A stretch of 64,000 bases of DNA. Origin: Kiritimatiellia bacterium (lineage in GTDB: Bacteria; Verrucomicrobiota; Kiritimatiellia; UBA8416; JABMPJ01). Position 1 is the stretch's first letter; the number at the start of each line of letters is the position of its first letter. Location of the stretch: assembly GCA_030745755.1 (NCBI GenBank), contig JASLOA010000017.1:8896-72895 (forward strand), read 5' to 3'. The notes beneath the pieces were generated by a model. The model was given only the letters and a program-made list of their open reading frames with translations, was not told the DNA's origin and ran no database searches. Shown in pieces: positions 21,057 to 30,888 of the stretch. The position numbers and the translations under genes are program-made.

Positions 21057-21935
21057 CTACCCATCAGCGTGGCGCGCCAGGATCAGGCCGAAGCGCTCGC
21101 GGTCAGCGTCCGTGATGGCCGCTGCCGGTGTCAGAATGGCACTTTCCATTGCACTCCTGCAGCTGCAGCTTCGTTCCCTGCCCACCTGGCCGGCGAGCTC
21201 GATGACAATGGCCTTGGCAAGCTGTGTGTTGGCCACGAGGTGACCCATCACCATCTCGACCGTGACATTGCCGGCCTCTTCATGCCAACAGTCATAGTCT
21301 GTCACCATGGCCATGGGCTGATAGCAGATCTCTGCCTCGCGGCAAAGCTTGGCTTCACCCAGGCTGGTCATGCCAATGACATCAAAGCCGTGACTGCGGT
21401 AGACATTCGACTCCGCACGCGTTGAGAACTGCGGGCCCTCCATATTCACATACGTGCCGCCTGCGTGGACACAGTTTGGCAGCCCCTCCTTCTTGATCAC
21501 GTCACGTGCCGTAGCCGCCATGGTCTCGCGCAAGCTGGGACAGGTCGGATCGGCCATGGAAACGTGCGCCACCACGCCATTGCCGAAAAAGGTATGCTCA
21601 AGTGACTTCTTGGTGCGATCGTAGTACTGATCGGGCAGCACAATGTCACGCGGACTGATGGATTCCTTAAGGCTACCCACAGCACTGATGGAGATTAAGC
21701 AGTCGACCCCGAGCGCCTTGAACCCATAGATATTCGCGCGGTGATTGATTTCCGAGGGCATGATGCGGTGCTGACGCCCGTGGCGGGGAAGAAAGACCAG
21801 CTCAACACCGTTCAGCTCAGCGCAACAGTACTGATCGGACGGTTCGCCAAACGGAGTGTCGGGCGCCTCGTAGCAGACATTCTGCAGCCCCTCGATCTCG
21901 TACACACCACTGCCACCGATAACACCAAGTTTCAT
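21057..21935 (-). CDS. mtnP: S-methyl-5'-thioadenosine phosphorylase
   Basis: GVIGGSG, FLPRHGRQH, NHRANIYG, MEGPQFSTRAES, GMTS, VTDYDCW. Confidence 0.92.
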   Translation of the reverse strand: MKLGVIGGSGVYEIEGLQNVCYEAPDTPFGEPSDQYCCAELNGVELVFLPRHGRQHRIMPSEINHRANIYGFKALGVDCLISISAVGSLKESISPRDIVLPDQYYDRTKKSLEHTFFGNGVVAHVSMADPTCPSLRETMAATARDVIKKEGLPNCVHAGGTYVNMEGPQFSTRAESNVYRSHGFDVIGMTSLGEAKLCREAEICYQPMAMVTDYDCWHEEAGNVTVEMVMGHLVANTQLAKAIVIELAGQVGRERSCSCRSAMESAILTPAAAITDADRERFGLILARHADG

Positions 21936-21954
21936 TGTGCCCTCCGTGGGGGAG

Positions 21955-22028
21955 TAGGCCGTCCGGGGGTCGAACCCGGGACCCCTTGATTAAAAGTCAA
22001 GTGCTCTAGCCAACTGAGCTAACGGCCC
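21955..22028 (-). tRNA. tRNA-Lys(TTT)
   Basis: GGGCCGT/ACGGCCT acceptor stem, anticodon arm CTTGA-CTTTTAA-TCAAG, GGTTCGACCCC T-arm. Confidence 0.95.
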
Positions 22029-22043
22029 TCATGAAAGGCTAGA

Positions 22044-22072
22044 AAGCTAGGCCATTCCACGCCGCCTGTCAA
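22044..22072 (-). promoter_or_regulatory. Putative sigma70 promoter for tRNA-Lys
   Basis: Minus strand TTGACA-17 bp-TAGCTT. Confidence 0.65.
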
Positions 22073-22128
22073 GACGGGCGGCGGAAAAAGCCGGCAGGGA
22101 ATTGCGACCATTCTTCGCGCCATCGGCG

Positions 22129-22410
22129 CTAAGCGTGAGAGAGCTTTGTGATCTCGCGCTTGTAGCGCTGGTCGACCCAGTCGCGCATCAGCGATGTGGG
22201 ACGAACGCGCTTGCGGCGAGCGATACGCTTGATGCCCTCGTATTCGCCAGGATCGATGCGCAGCGAGATGACCTTCTTGACGGGGATATCGAACTCGATC
22301 TCCCCATCTGCGATCGGCTGCGACTCGTAGTCGGACGAGTCATGTTTCATCCAGAACGCGTGCTCTTCCTCATCGGTCTTGAACGTTGGGAGTTTCTTCT
22401 TCTTGCTCAT
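22129..22410 (-). CDS. BrnA/CopG-type antitoxin
   Basis: LPTFKTDEEEHAFW..HDSSDY, KKVISLRID..IKRIARRKRVRPTSLMRDWV (RHH-like); ATGA-coupled to BrnT. Confidence 0.85.
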   Translation of the reverse strand: MSKKKKLPTFKTDEEEHAFWMKHDSSDYESQPIADGEIEFDIPVKKVISLRIDPGEYEGIKRIARRKRVRPTSLMRDWVDQRYKREITKLSHA

Positions 22411-22688
22411 GATCGTATGTGCCTCTTCTTCTCTCTCGGTGTCATGTTCCGGGCCGAGATGATCCGTGCATCTGCCGGACGTTCCGGGACAAAGACGATG
22501 AATAGATGGCGTCCTTCCCTGGTCTGCCCCCAAGCGAAGTATTTCTTGTTCCCGAACCGGTCCCGCCCATCCACATGGATCACGGGCCGCCGCCTGAAGA
22601 CATCGCAGATGTCGTTCAAGCTGATGTCTCGCCGCTCGATCTTGTCTTCGATCTCTTCCGTGGCGAAGTATACGCGTTTAATCTTCAT
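22407..22688 (-). CDS. BrnT-family toxin
   Basis: 93 aa; KYFAWGQT..GRHLFIVF..ARIISARNMTPREKK. Confidence 0.85.
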   Translation of the reverse strand: MKIKRVYFATEEIEDKIERRDISLNDICDVFRRRPVIHVDGRDRFGNKKYFAWGQTREGRHLFIVFVPERPADARIISARNMTPREKKRHIRS

Positions 22689-22699
22689 GGTCTGACATG

Positions 22700-22728
22700 A
22701 ACGTAATACGTTTGTATTGCATCGTCAA
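22700..22728 (-). promoter_or_regulatory. TA-operon promoter with overlapping palindromic operator
   Basis: Minus strand TTGACG-17 bp-TACGTT; AATAC-N4-GTATT palindrome at 22705-22718. Confidence 0.6.
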
Positions 22729-22800
22729 GGTCGCTTTTCGATCGAGAACAGGACTGCCGCTAATCTGTCGATGCGGTCTTCCAAGTGCCGGAATACACCG

Positions 22801-23505
22801 TCAATCTATTCGCTTGCCTTTGAGGGCATCCATTGCGGCGTTGATTTCGGCTTCCTGTTTGCTGTTGCCGCGGCCGACACCACGGACCTTGTCGCCAAGG
22901 GCAACTTCAACGGTGAAACGCCGGGCGTGGCCGGGACCGTCTGTGGCAATGACACGGTAGGATGGGCTTTGCTTGTACTTGCGCTGGCACTGTTCCTGGA
23001 GCGCCCCTTTCGGGTTATCGGCCCAGCGGTCCCTGTCCTCGTCGGCCAGCCGCGGGGCAATAATGCGATCGAACACCCGCCGCGCCGCCGGGATGCCTCC
23101 ATCCAGGTAGCAGGCACCCAACAAGGACTCGAATGCGTCCGCCAGATTCGACTCGCGCTCGCGTCCGCCCGACTTCAGCTCGCCCTTCCCCAGCTTGAGA
23201 TGGTCGCCGATCCCCAGTTCGGATGCCATCTGCGCGAACGCACGGCCACTGGTCACCTTGCTGCGTGCCGAGGTCAAGTAGCCCTCCTCCTTGGACGGAT
23301 TGTCCTTGTAGAGCTCCGCTGCAGCCAGGAACCCCAGCACGGCATCGCCCAGGAACTCCAAGCGCTGGTTGTCATAACGTGTCTCGTGGTTCTCGAACCG
23401 GAATGACCGGTGTGTCAAAGCCATGTCCAGCAATTCCTGGTCACGGAATCGATACCCGATCTTCTTCTCCAGCTCACGAAAGGGTCTTTTCTTCCCTAGC
23501 ATCAT
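22801..23505 (-). CDS. rnc: Ribonuclease III
   Basis: NQRLEFLGDAVL, ADAFESLLGA, dsRBD NPKGALQE..GPGHARRF. Confidence 0.97.
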   Translation of the reverse strand: MMLGKKRPFRELEKKIGYRFRDQELLDMALTHRSFRFENHETRYDNQRLEFLGDAVLGFLAAAELYKDNPSKEEGYLTSARSKVTSGRAFAQMASELGIGDHLKLGKGELKSGGRERESNLADAFESLLGACYLDGGIPAARRVFDRIIAPRLADEDRDRWADNPKGALQEQCQRKYKQSPSYRVIATDGPGHARRFTVEVALGDKVRGVGRGNSKQEAEINAAMDALKGKRID

Positions 23506-23508
23506 CTC

Positions 23509-23543
23509 CTCCGACTTCCGATTTCAGACCTCTGGCCCCTGGC
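23509..23543 (-). repeat. Degenerate heptamer tandem repeat in the xerD-rnc spacer
   Basis: Minus strand gccaggg gccagag gtctgaa atcggaa gtcggag; shares ATCGGAAGTCGGAG with 5907-5920. Confidence 0.7.
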
Positions 23544-24431
23544 CTATGCGCGCGGATGAAACTTCGCGTGCACAGAGCGCAGTCGGCCCTGGTCAATGTG
23601 CGTATAGATCTGGGTGGTACCGATATCGGCATGACCCAGCATTTCCTGGATTACGCGCAGCGGCGCCCCGTTCCTCAACAAGTGACTCGCGAAGGAGTGG
23701 CGCAGCGTGTGTGGTGATACGGTCTTCGTGATGCCCGCCAGCCGTGTGCAGTCCTTGATCAGCTTCCACAGTCCTTTGCGCGAGAACCCACCTCCCCGGT
23801 AGGTGAGAAACACATGATCGTCCGTACCTTCGCGCACGAACTCCGGGCGGCCCTCCTTCAGGTAGTGCTCCACTGCCGTGCGCGCCTTGCCGCCAAAAGG
23901 AACCACGCGCACCCTGTTGCCCTTGCCGCGACAACGGATGTAACCCGAGTCGAAATGGATGTCGCCGCCGCGTAGATCACCGAGCTCGGAGACCCGCATG
24001 CCTGTTCCATAAAAACACTCCAGGATCGCCCGGTCACGCAGGGCATAGCGGTCTGTCCCCACCGGAACAGCCAGCAACCGCTCCACTTCTCGCTCCGTCA
24101 GCACGCCGGGCAGAATGCGCCATAGCCGGGGCGACTCCATCACTTCGGTCACATTGCCGTCCATGATGCCTTCCTGCCGCAGGTACGTGAAGAACACCTT
24201 GATCGCCACCAGTCGCCGCGAAATCGAGTTCACGCTCAGCCCACGATCGCGCTCGCTCATGAGATAGTCGAGGATCTCGTCGCGTTTAACGTTGTTGAAG
24301 GAGGAGATGCCCTTTTCGGCCAGGTAGTCAGTGAAGCTACGGAGATCCGCCAGGTACGCCTTGCGCGTGTTTGCGCTCAGACCTCGCTCAAGACAGATGA
24401 AGTCGAGAAATTGCTCAACTAGTGCATGCAT
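23544..24431 (-). CDS. xerD: Site-specific tyrosine recombinase XerD
   Basis: ERGLSANT, TGMRVSEL, GKGNRVRVVP, SPHTLRHSFASHLL, LGHADIGTTQIYTH. Confidence 0.92.
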   Translation of the reverse strand: MHALVEQFLDFICLERGLSANTRKAYLADLRSFTDYLAEKGISSFNNVKRDEILDYLMSERDRGLSVNSISRRLVAIKVFFTYLRQEGIMDGNVTEVMESPRLWRILPGVLTEREVERLLAVPVGTDRYALRDRAILECFYGTGMRVSELGDLRGGDIHFDSGYIRCRGKGNRVRVVPFGGKARTAVEHYLKEGRPEFVREGTDDHVFLTYRGGGFSRKGLWKLIKDCTRLAGITKTVSPHTLRHSFASHLLRNGAPLRVIQEMLGHADIGTTQIYTHIDQGRLRSVHAKFHPRA

Positions 24432-24437
24432 GGGCTC

Positions 24438-24533
24438 AGTTCTGAGTTAACAGTTCTGAGTTCTGAGTTGGGAGCCCTGGTACACCCAGGACCCGCCCCG
24501 GCGGGCAGGCTCACAACTCAAAACCTGGAACTC
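24438..24533. repeat. AGTTCTG heptamer array plus an inverted partial array flanking a CCCGCC-CC-GGCGGG hairpin
   Basis: agttctg agttaac agttctg agttctg agttggg (24438-24472); caactca aaacctg gaactct at about 24514-24533. Confidence 0.65.
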
Positions 24534-24534
24534 T

Positions 24535-24873
24535 CTACCGACAGCTTTCCGGCAAGGCAGCGCGAGCCTTCTCGTCAGCCGGAATATTGTTGGCCTGGAA
24601 GCCGGCTTTGGCCAGCGCGTACTCGATGTTCTTGAGCGACAGCTTGAGACTCTCATAGGGCACGGTTACGTCCCGCCTTTCCCGATCGACGGTCACCAGG
24701 TCGCCCTGCACACCGGGAATGCGTCGCACGATCGACACCACACGATCGACACAGGCCTGGTTATTCATTTGCGGCACGGTGATGCGGGCAATCCGGACAT
24801 CCTGTTTGCGGCATCCCGCTGCCAGTCCCACCAGCACGACCATCAGGAGTATCGCTCGAACTTTCATGGGCAC
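24535..24873 (-). CDS. Lipoprotein with heavy-metal-associated (HMA)-like domain
   Basis: Lipobox LAAGC; ITVPQMNNQAC..IPGVQ..VTVD..V.V.YE...SLKNIEYALAKAGF. Confidence 0.75.
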   Translation of the reverse strand: MPMKVRAILLMVVLVGLAAGCRKQDVRIARITVPQMNNQACVDRVVSIVRRIPGVQGDLVTVDRERRDVTVPYESLKLSLKNIEYALAKAGFQANNIPADEKARAALPESCR

Positions 24874-24930
24874 ACCCTAGCAACCCACCAGCGCCCGTCG
24901 CAAGGTGAAAGGGAATCCCATCGCCCGCCG

Positions 24931-26226
24931 TCAGAGCATGCGGACGGGTTGGCCGGTGGCGGCCATGACGCTTTTCCACAGTTCGCCTTCGGGCTCCACT
25001 TTGCGGCGTGAGCCGGTTGCCAGGGCAATCGGCAGGTTGATGAAGGCGTCGTTCCAGTGGCCCACCACCACATCGGTCTTACCCGCCATGGCGGCATGCA
25101 CCGCATGCCTGGCAAACAGGTCGCACAGCAGGCTATCTTCCGAGTTCGCGGCCACCCCGCGCACATAGTAACTCGGATCCAGATACTTTATGCTGAGATC
25201 CAGACCCGCCGTCTTGAAGTGGGCTTTGATCTGCGCCTTAAGAAAGAGGCCGATGTCCGCATGTAGCTTGTTGCCCGAGGCATCGATACCGGCATCTTCA
25301 TGCTCAAGCAGATCCTGTCCTGCGCCCTCGGCCACCACGATCAGAGCGTGGTCTCGCTGGCGGAGGCGCGCCTCAAGCGCAGCCAAAAGGCCGTTCTCGC
25401 CCTCCAACGCAAAAGGTACCTCGGGCACCAGGCAGAAATTGGCCTCCTGGCTCGCCAGGGCGGCGCCGCAGGCGATGAACCCCGAGTCGCGGCCCATCAG
25501 CTTGACCAGGCCTACGCCGTTGTAGGCGCCCTTGGCCTCGTTGTGAGCGCAGGTCAGCACATCGCGCGCCTTGTCGATGGCCGTGCTGTATCCGAACGAG
25601 CGTGAGACAAACTGAATATCGTTATCGATCGTCTTGGGAACCCCCACAACCGCAATCTTGAGTCCACGCCGCAAGGCCTCGGTAGCGATGTCATGCGCCC
25701 CCCGCTGGGTGCCATCTCCTCCAATGCAGAGCAGCACATTGATGCCGCGCGCCTCGAGGCAGTCCACGATCACGTCGGTGGGTTGTCCGCCACGCGATGA
25801 CCCGAGGATCGTTCCGCCGGCATAGTGGATGTGGTCCACGATCGCCTCGTTCAGCACGATCGGATCGAGACCATAGTCCGGGTTCAGGCCGCGGTATCCG
25901 AAGCGGATGCCCAACACCTCCGGTACGCCGTAGTTGTGGGTCAGAGCGAAGTAGGCTGAGCGGATCACATCATTGATTCCAGGACAGAGTCCGCCGCAGG
26001 TCACGATGGCGGCGCGTACAGTGGAGGGGTCAAAGAAGATGTGCTCACGCGGACCCGCCTTCTCAAACATCACGTCCGGCAGCTCGATGCGATCGCCAAT
26101 CGTGATGTCGAACATCACACGCGTCGCATCCGGCACAAAATCGCCGAGCCCATCATCCAATTCTGTCGAAAGCCCCAGCGGTGACAGCGCCACCGGTTGG
26201 CCGAGATTGTTAACAGCTGTATCCAT
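24931..26226 (-). CDS. pfkA: ATP-dependent 6-phosphofructokinase (long type)
   Basis: TCGGLCPG, GTILGSSRG, GGDGT, PKTIDND, MGRDSG, DPSY. Confidence 0.92.
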   Translation of the reverse strand: MDTAVNNLGQPVALSPLGLSTELDDGLGDFVPDATRVMFDITIGDRIELPDVMFEKAGPREHIFFDPSTVRAAIVTCGGLCPGINDVIRSAYFALTHNYGVPEVLGIRFGYRGLNPDYGLDPIVLNEAIVDHIHYAGGTILGSSRGGQPTDVIVDCLEARGINVLLCIGGDGTQRGAHDIATEALRRGLKIAVVGVPKTIDNDIQFVSRSFGYSTAIDKARDVLTCAHNEAKGAYNGVGLVKLMGRDSGFIACGAALASQEANFCLVPEVPFALEGENGLLAALEARLRQRDHALIVVAEGAGQDLLEHEDAGIDASGNKLHADIGLFLKAQIKAHFKTAGLDLSIKYLDPSYYVRGVAANSEDSLLCDLFARHAVHAAMAGKTDVVVGHWNDAFINLPIALATGSRRKVEPEGELWKSVMAATGQPVRML

Positions 26227-26459
26227 ATCTATCGTCCCTCCTGTTCAAGATCGCTCCAGACCATACCAGACTGGGCGCGCGGTTCAACTCGTATGGCACG
26301 GTAAAGATGGACGCCACGCCGTCTTTATCCGGCTTCTGCATTGGCGACCGCAGATGTCACGGGGTATAGAGGGTCAGTCCCTCGCAGTCCCATATGGGCA
26401 CTGGTTGCTTGACCGGTCTACCGGCGGTTACATAGGCTGGGGGTTCTCATACCAGGAGA

Positions 26460-27860
26460 GTGAGGCGTAGACAGATGAGCAGAGAGATAGATGCAATGTG
26501 GACCGTCCTGATTCTGGCTGTCGCGGTCACCGCGCACGGTGATGTGACGGGGTGGCGCGGCAATGGTTCCGGGCAGTTCGACGACACCCCTGCCCCACTG
26601 ACGTGGAGCGCGAGCGAAGGCATCGCCTGGAAGACCGCCATGCCGGAGTGGGCCAACGGCTGCCCGATACTCGTCGCCGGGCGGCTCTATGTGACGGCTG
26701 AGCCGGATCGCCTCCTCTGCCTGTCGGCCACCGACGGCAGCGTCATCTGGGAGCAGGCGAACCCGAGATCGGAGGCCCTGCCCGCAGGTGAACGGGCAGC
26801 CTACGCCGCCAAGAGCGCAGCGTACGAGAAACTGGCTGCAAAGCGCAATGAACTCAAAGGCAAGCTACGCGGCATTGGCAAGCAGCTCAGCGACAAACCG
26901 GCCAATGCGGCGGAACTGAAGGCCGAGAAGGCCAGGCTCAAGGCGGAGAAGGAGGCGATCGATCAGAAGAGCGCACCACTCCAGGAGTTCGCCAGGCCGA
27001 GGACACACGGTGTAAACGGGTATGCCACGCCCACGCCTGTGAGCGACGGCACGTACGTCTACGGCCAGTTCGGCGACGGCATCGTTGCCTGCTACACGCT
27101 CACCGGGCAGCGTAAGTGGATCCGCTATGTCGCCCCGTCAAAGCATGGCTGGGGCCACAGCGCATCTCCGATCCTGGTGGCGGACAAACTGATCGTCCAT
27201 ATTGCGGACACGGTGCACGCCCTCCGGGTCGCCGACGGCCAGACGGTCTGGTCGACGCAGAGCGGATCGAAATGGGGAACGCCGATGGGGTTCCGTGTGG
27301 GTGATCAATGGGCCGTGCTGACAACTGGCGGCGATGTGCTGCGCGCGAGCGATGGGCGGGTGGTAGCCAGGGAGATTGCCAGCCTGCCATGGAGCTCGCC
27401 GATTGCCGAGGGCAACACGCTCTATGTGGTAGACGAACGCGAGGCCAAGGCGCTACGCATCCCGGACGCCATGGCGGACGAGCTGACCTTTGAGGCGCTC
27501 TGGAGCATGAAGCCGGAGCGGAACCGCTACTACGCGACGCCGCTCTTTATCGACGGGCTGCTCTATGCGATACACCGCAGCGGCACGCTCACGGTGATCG
27601 ATGCGACCAGTGGCGATGCGGTCTATACCCGGAAGCTGCCGCTCGGCGGCACCGTCTACCCCAGCCCATTCCTGGCCGGAGGAAATATCTACGTCAGCTC
27701 CGACACCGGCAAGACCATCGTCATCAAGCCGGGACGGACATACGAAGAGCTGGCCAGTAACTCGCTGGAAGGCTTCCGCAGCACCCCCATCGCGGATGCC
27801 GGAAGGGTGTATGTACGAGGTCTGGAGCACCTCTACTGCATCAAGGGCGTGCAGCCCTGA
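26460..27860 (+). CDS. Secreted PQQ-binding-like beta-propeller protein
   Basis: Signal peptide, WRGNGSG, repeated xSPI/ATP blade motifs; internal Lys/Ala/Glu-rich helical insert. Confidence 0.8.
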   Translation: MRRRQMSREIDAMWTVLILAVAVTAHGDVTGWRGNGSGQFDDTPAPLTWSASEGIAWKTAMPEWANGCPILVAGRLYVTAEPDRLLCLSATDGSVIWEQANPRSEALPAGERAAYAAKSAAYEKLAAKRNELKGKLRGIGKQLSDKPANAAELKAEKARLKAEKEAIDQKSAPLQEFARPRTHGVNGYATPTPVSDGTYVYGQFGDGIVACYTLTGQRKWIRYVAPSKHGWGHSASPILVADKLIVHIADTVHALRVADGQTVWSTQSGSKWGTPMGFRVGDQWAVLTTGGDVLRASDGRVVAREIASLPWSSPIAEGNTLYVVDEREAKALRIPDAMADELTFEALWSMKPERNRYYATPLFIDGLLYAIHRSGTLTVIDATSGDAVYTRKLPLGGTVYPSPFLAGGNIYVSSDTGKTIVIKPGRTYEELASNSLEGFRSTPIADAGRVYVRGLEHLYCIKGVQP

Positions 27861-27934
27861 CGGGGCGAAGGGTCATTTCCACGCGCCATCACACTTGTCA
27901 CGGCGTAGTCCGAAGGAGGAAGGCGCTTTTCGAT

Positions 27935-28378
27935 TCAGGCAACACACCCGACAGGGGTAACACCCTTTTTAAGGATGATGTTGCCGTACTTGGCCGTGGT
28001 GCCCGTGACCACGCAGGCATAGGCCTTCTCGGCACGCTCGTAGAAGGCGAAGCGGTCGATCCGTTTCACGGCAGGAGCATCCGGCGCCGCTTTCCTGATG
28101 GCGGCCATGTAACCGGCCTCCACCTGCGGGTCGAGCTCGTCGCCTTCCACGGCAGCCATCATGATCAGCGGGTCGTCATAGCTATCGAGTTCAAAGAGCG
28201 GGATAATGCCTTCCAGCAAATCAGCCACCTCCAACCCATCGCCGCGCAGCACGTTCCGGGGACAGAACGAATGCCCGGGAAAATGGGCGTCTGACAACAC
28301 AATCTCGTCGCCATGCCCCATTTCGGCGAGAATCTTCAACAACTCAGGCGCAATGATCGGGTCAATACCTTTTAACAT
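27935..28378 (-). CDS. fucU: RbsD/FucU-family sugar mutarotase
   Basis: [41 protein letters not shown]. Confidence 0.9.
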   Translation of the reverse strand: MLKGIDPIIAPELLKILAEMGHGDEIVLSDAHFPGHSFCPRNVLRGDGLEVADLLEGIIPLFELDSYDDPLIMMAAVEGDELDPQVEAGYMAAIRKAAPDAPAVKRIDRFAFYERAEKAYACVVTGTTAKYGNIILKKGVTPVGCVA

Positions 28379-28400
28379 ACTCGTCTCCTCCTGTTGCCCA

Positions 28401-29381
28401 TCATACGTTTCTTCGGGTGGCAATCTGGTCTGCCGTAACGGCGAGAATAATGATCAGGCCGATGGCCACAAGCTGCCAGTTGGTCGAGATGCCACAGAGC
28501 GTAAGACCATTGCGGAGGAACCCGATCAGGAGCGTACCGATAACCGTCCCCACCATCGAGCCTCGCCCGCCTCCCGGCGAGCACCCGCCAATAATCACGG
28601 CGGCGATAATGTCCAGTTCCAACGCCAGGCCTGCCGTTGGCTGGGCCGAACTGGCTCGTGATGTCGTAATCATGGCTGCCAGGCCGACCAACGCGCCGGT
28701 AAGGGCATAAATGACCACAAGCACACGGTTCACGTTCACCCCTGCATGAAACGCCGTCTCGACATTGGAACCGATCGCGTAGGTATAGCGACCGAACCGG
28801 GTGTACTTCAGCACGAAGCCTGTGATCGCCAATACAAGTGCCAGTAGCAGAACAGAGACAGGAATCCCGGCGACCCGGCCGGTGTCGAGCAGCGTGAAGT
28901 CGGACACCGCAAACGGCTTCCCCGAGTTCATCAGCAGGGAGGACCCACGGAAGATACTCATCGCGCCAAGCGTCACGATGAAGGGCGCCAGCTTGAGGCG
29001 CGTAATCAGTGTACCGTTGATGCCACCCACAATGGCACCGACCGCGATGCTGACCAGGATGCCGCCAAACATGGCGCCATTCGTGAGATCGATACTTGCA
29101 CCCGAAGCCACGTCTGCCAGGCTTGCACCCGAGAACAGGAGCATCGCAAGCGCCCCGGTCATACCGCACATGCCCATCATCGTACCGACCGACAGATCAA
29201 TGCCGGCCGTGATAATCACAAACGTCATTCCCGCCGCCATGATCAGGTTGACGCTCGTGCGGCTCAGGACATTCGTCAGGTTGGTCGCTGTCAGAAACTC
29301 GTTCGGGACAAGAAACGTCCAGAGCGAGAAAATGAAGATCAGGGAGCAGAACGGGAGCAACTGTTTAGCAAATCGATTCAT
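28401..29381 (-). CDS. Monosaccharide ABC transporter permease (RbsC-like)
   Basis: [46 protein letters not shown]. Confidence 0.93.
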   Translation of the reverse strand: MNRFAKQLLPFCSLIFIFSLWTFLVPNEFLTATNLTNVLSRTSVNLIMAAGMTFVIITAGIDLSVGTMMGMCGMTGALAMLLFSGASLADVASGASIDLTNGAMFGGILVSIAVGAIVGGINGTLITRLKLAPFIVTLGAMSIFRGSSLLMNSGKPFAVSDFTLLDTGRVAGIPVSVLLLALVLAITGFVLKYTRFGRYTYAIGSNVETAFHAGVNVNRVLVVIYALTGALVGLAAMITTSRASSAQPTAGLALELDIIAAVIIGGCSPGGGRGSMVGTVIGTLLIGFLRNGLTLCGISTNWQLVAIGLIIILAVTADQIATRRNV

Positions 29382-29383
29382 GG

Positions 29384-30886
29384 TTATTCCTCCTCCACGG
29401 CCGCGAGGTGCATAACTGCCTCCGGAGTGGTTTCCTTCGTTAACAGGTTGCCGACAAGTCTTCCGCGCCGCATGACCAGGATACGGTCGCAGATACCAAA
29501 GAGCTCCGGAAGCTCAGACGAGATGACGAGCTGCGCTTTGCCCTGCGCTGCGAGCTCATTGATGATCCCGTAGACCTCCTTCTTCGCACCCACGTCGATG
29601 CCGCGGGTCGGCTCGTCATAGATAATGAACTCGGTATCGGCCATCAGCCAGCGGGCAATCAGTACCTTCTGTTGGTTACCGCCGGAAAGCGAACGTGCCG
29701 GGGCATCCGGTTCCGCCCATTTCACACGGACTTTCTTACCGAATTCCTCACACAACTGCTGCTCGCGCCTGAGATTGAGGACGGACGCCATGCCAATGCG
29801 TTCGTAGTTGGGAAGCGTGATGTTCCAGCTACACGGCAGCCCTGTGCATATGCCTGTACGCTTGCGGTCCTCTGTCAGGAGCGCGATTCCCTGCCGGATG
29901 GCGTGCTCAGGATCCTTGACGCGCAGGGACTGTCCCTTGAGCAGCATCTGTCCCGCCGTTGGCGGCACAACGCCAAAGATGGCGCGGGCGGTCTCGGTGC
30001 GTCCGGCCCCGACCAGCCCTGCCATGCCGACGACTTCGCCCTTGCGCACCTCGAACGAGATATCACGGATCCCCTCGCCCGATGCAAGGCCCGCGACCTC
30101 GAAGTGGACATCCCCGATCGAGACGTGGCGCTCAGGGAAGAAGTCCTTCAGCTCCCGCCCAACCATGTGGCGTACGACATCATGCACCGTGAGATCGGCC
30201 GTTGTGTCGGAGTGAACGACCTCGCCATCACGTAGAATACTGAGGTCATCGGACAGGTCCATCACCTCTTCCATGCGATGCGAGATGTAAATGATCGTCA
30301 GTCCTCGTGCGCGTAGATCCTTCACGATCGCGAACAGGTTGGCTGCCTCCCCCTCGGAAAGGGATGAGGTGGGCTCATCCATCACGATGATGTGCGCATC
30401 GCGCATGAGCGCTTTGAGCAGCTCGACAATCTGGCACTGCCCCGAGGTGAGGTCACGAATCATCGCTTCAGGATCAATATCGAAGTGATACTGGTCGCAC
30501 AGCTCCTGCGTCTTGCGGATCATCTCTGCGGCATCGGTCTTGAAGGGGATCGCGGACATGATTTCACGGCCGAGAAAGACGTTTTCATACACCATCATGT
30601 GTTCGGCCAGGTCCAGCTCCTGGTAGAGCATCGAGATTCCCGCGTCGATGGCCTGCCCCGGTTCCATGAAGTCCTGCCGCTGCCCATCGACAACGATGGT
30701 GCCTGCATCCTCTTTGTAGACACCGGAGAGCACTTTCATCAGTGTCGATTTGCCGGCGCCATTCTCGCCACACAGCGCATGCACGCTGCCGGGTCGGGCC
30801 GAGAAGGTCACATCCTTGAGCGCCTGGACAGGGCCGAAGCGTTTGGAGATACCCTCCATCCGAAGGGAGTATGCCTGTTGGTTCAT
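29384..30886 (-). CDS. Monosaccharide ABC transporter ATP-binding protein (RbsA-like, two domains)
   Basis: GENGAGKST, MDEPTSSL, LSGGNQQK, DEPTRGIDVGAK. Confidence 0.95.
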   Translation of the reverse strand: MNQQAYSLRMEGISKRFGPVQALKDVTFSARPGSVHALCGENGAGKSTLMKVLSGVYKEDAGTIVVDGQRQDFMEPGQAIDAGISMLYQELDLAEHMMVYENVFLGREIMSAIPFKTDAAEMIRKTQELCDQYHFDIDPEAMIRDLTSGQCQIVELLKALMRDAHIIVMDEPTSSLSEGEAANLFAIVKDLRARGLTIIYISHRMEEVMDLSDDLSILRDGEVVHSDTTADLTVHDVVRHMVGRELKDFFPERHVSIGDVHFEVAGLASGEGIRDISFEVRKGEVVGMAGLVGAGRTETARAIFGVVPPTAGQMLLKGQSLRVKDPEHAIRQGIALLTEDRKRTGICTGLPCSWNITLPNYERIGMASVLNLRREQQLCEEFGKKVRVKWAEPDAPARSLSGGNQQKVLIARWLMADTEFIIYDEPTRGIDVGAKKEVYGIINELAAQGKAQLVISSELPELFGICDRILVMRRGRLVGNLLTKETTPEAVMHLAAVEEE

Positions 30887-30888
30887 CG

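Noticed and set aside
23544-24431. Phage or integron integrase near tRNA-Lys and the TA pair
   Set aside because: Length and motifs match chromosomal XerD; no IntI-specific insertion and no att duplication; neighbours are core genes
26288-26310. Sigma54 promoter (TGGCAC) upstream of the PQQ-propeller gene
   Set aside because: The -12 TTGC element is absent at the required spacing
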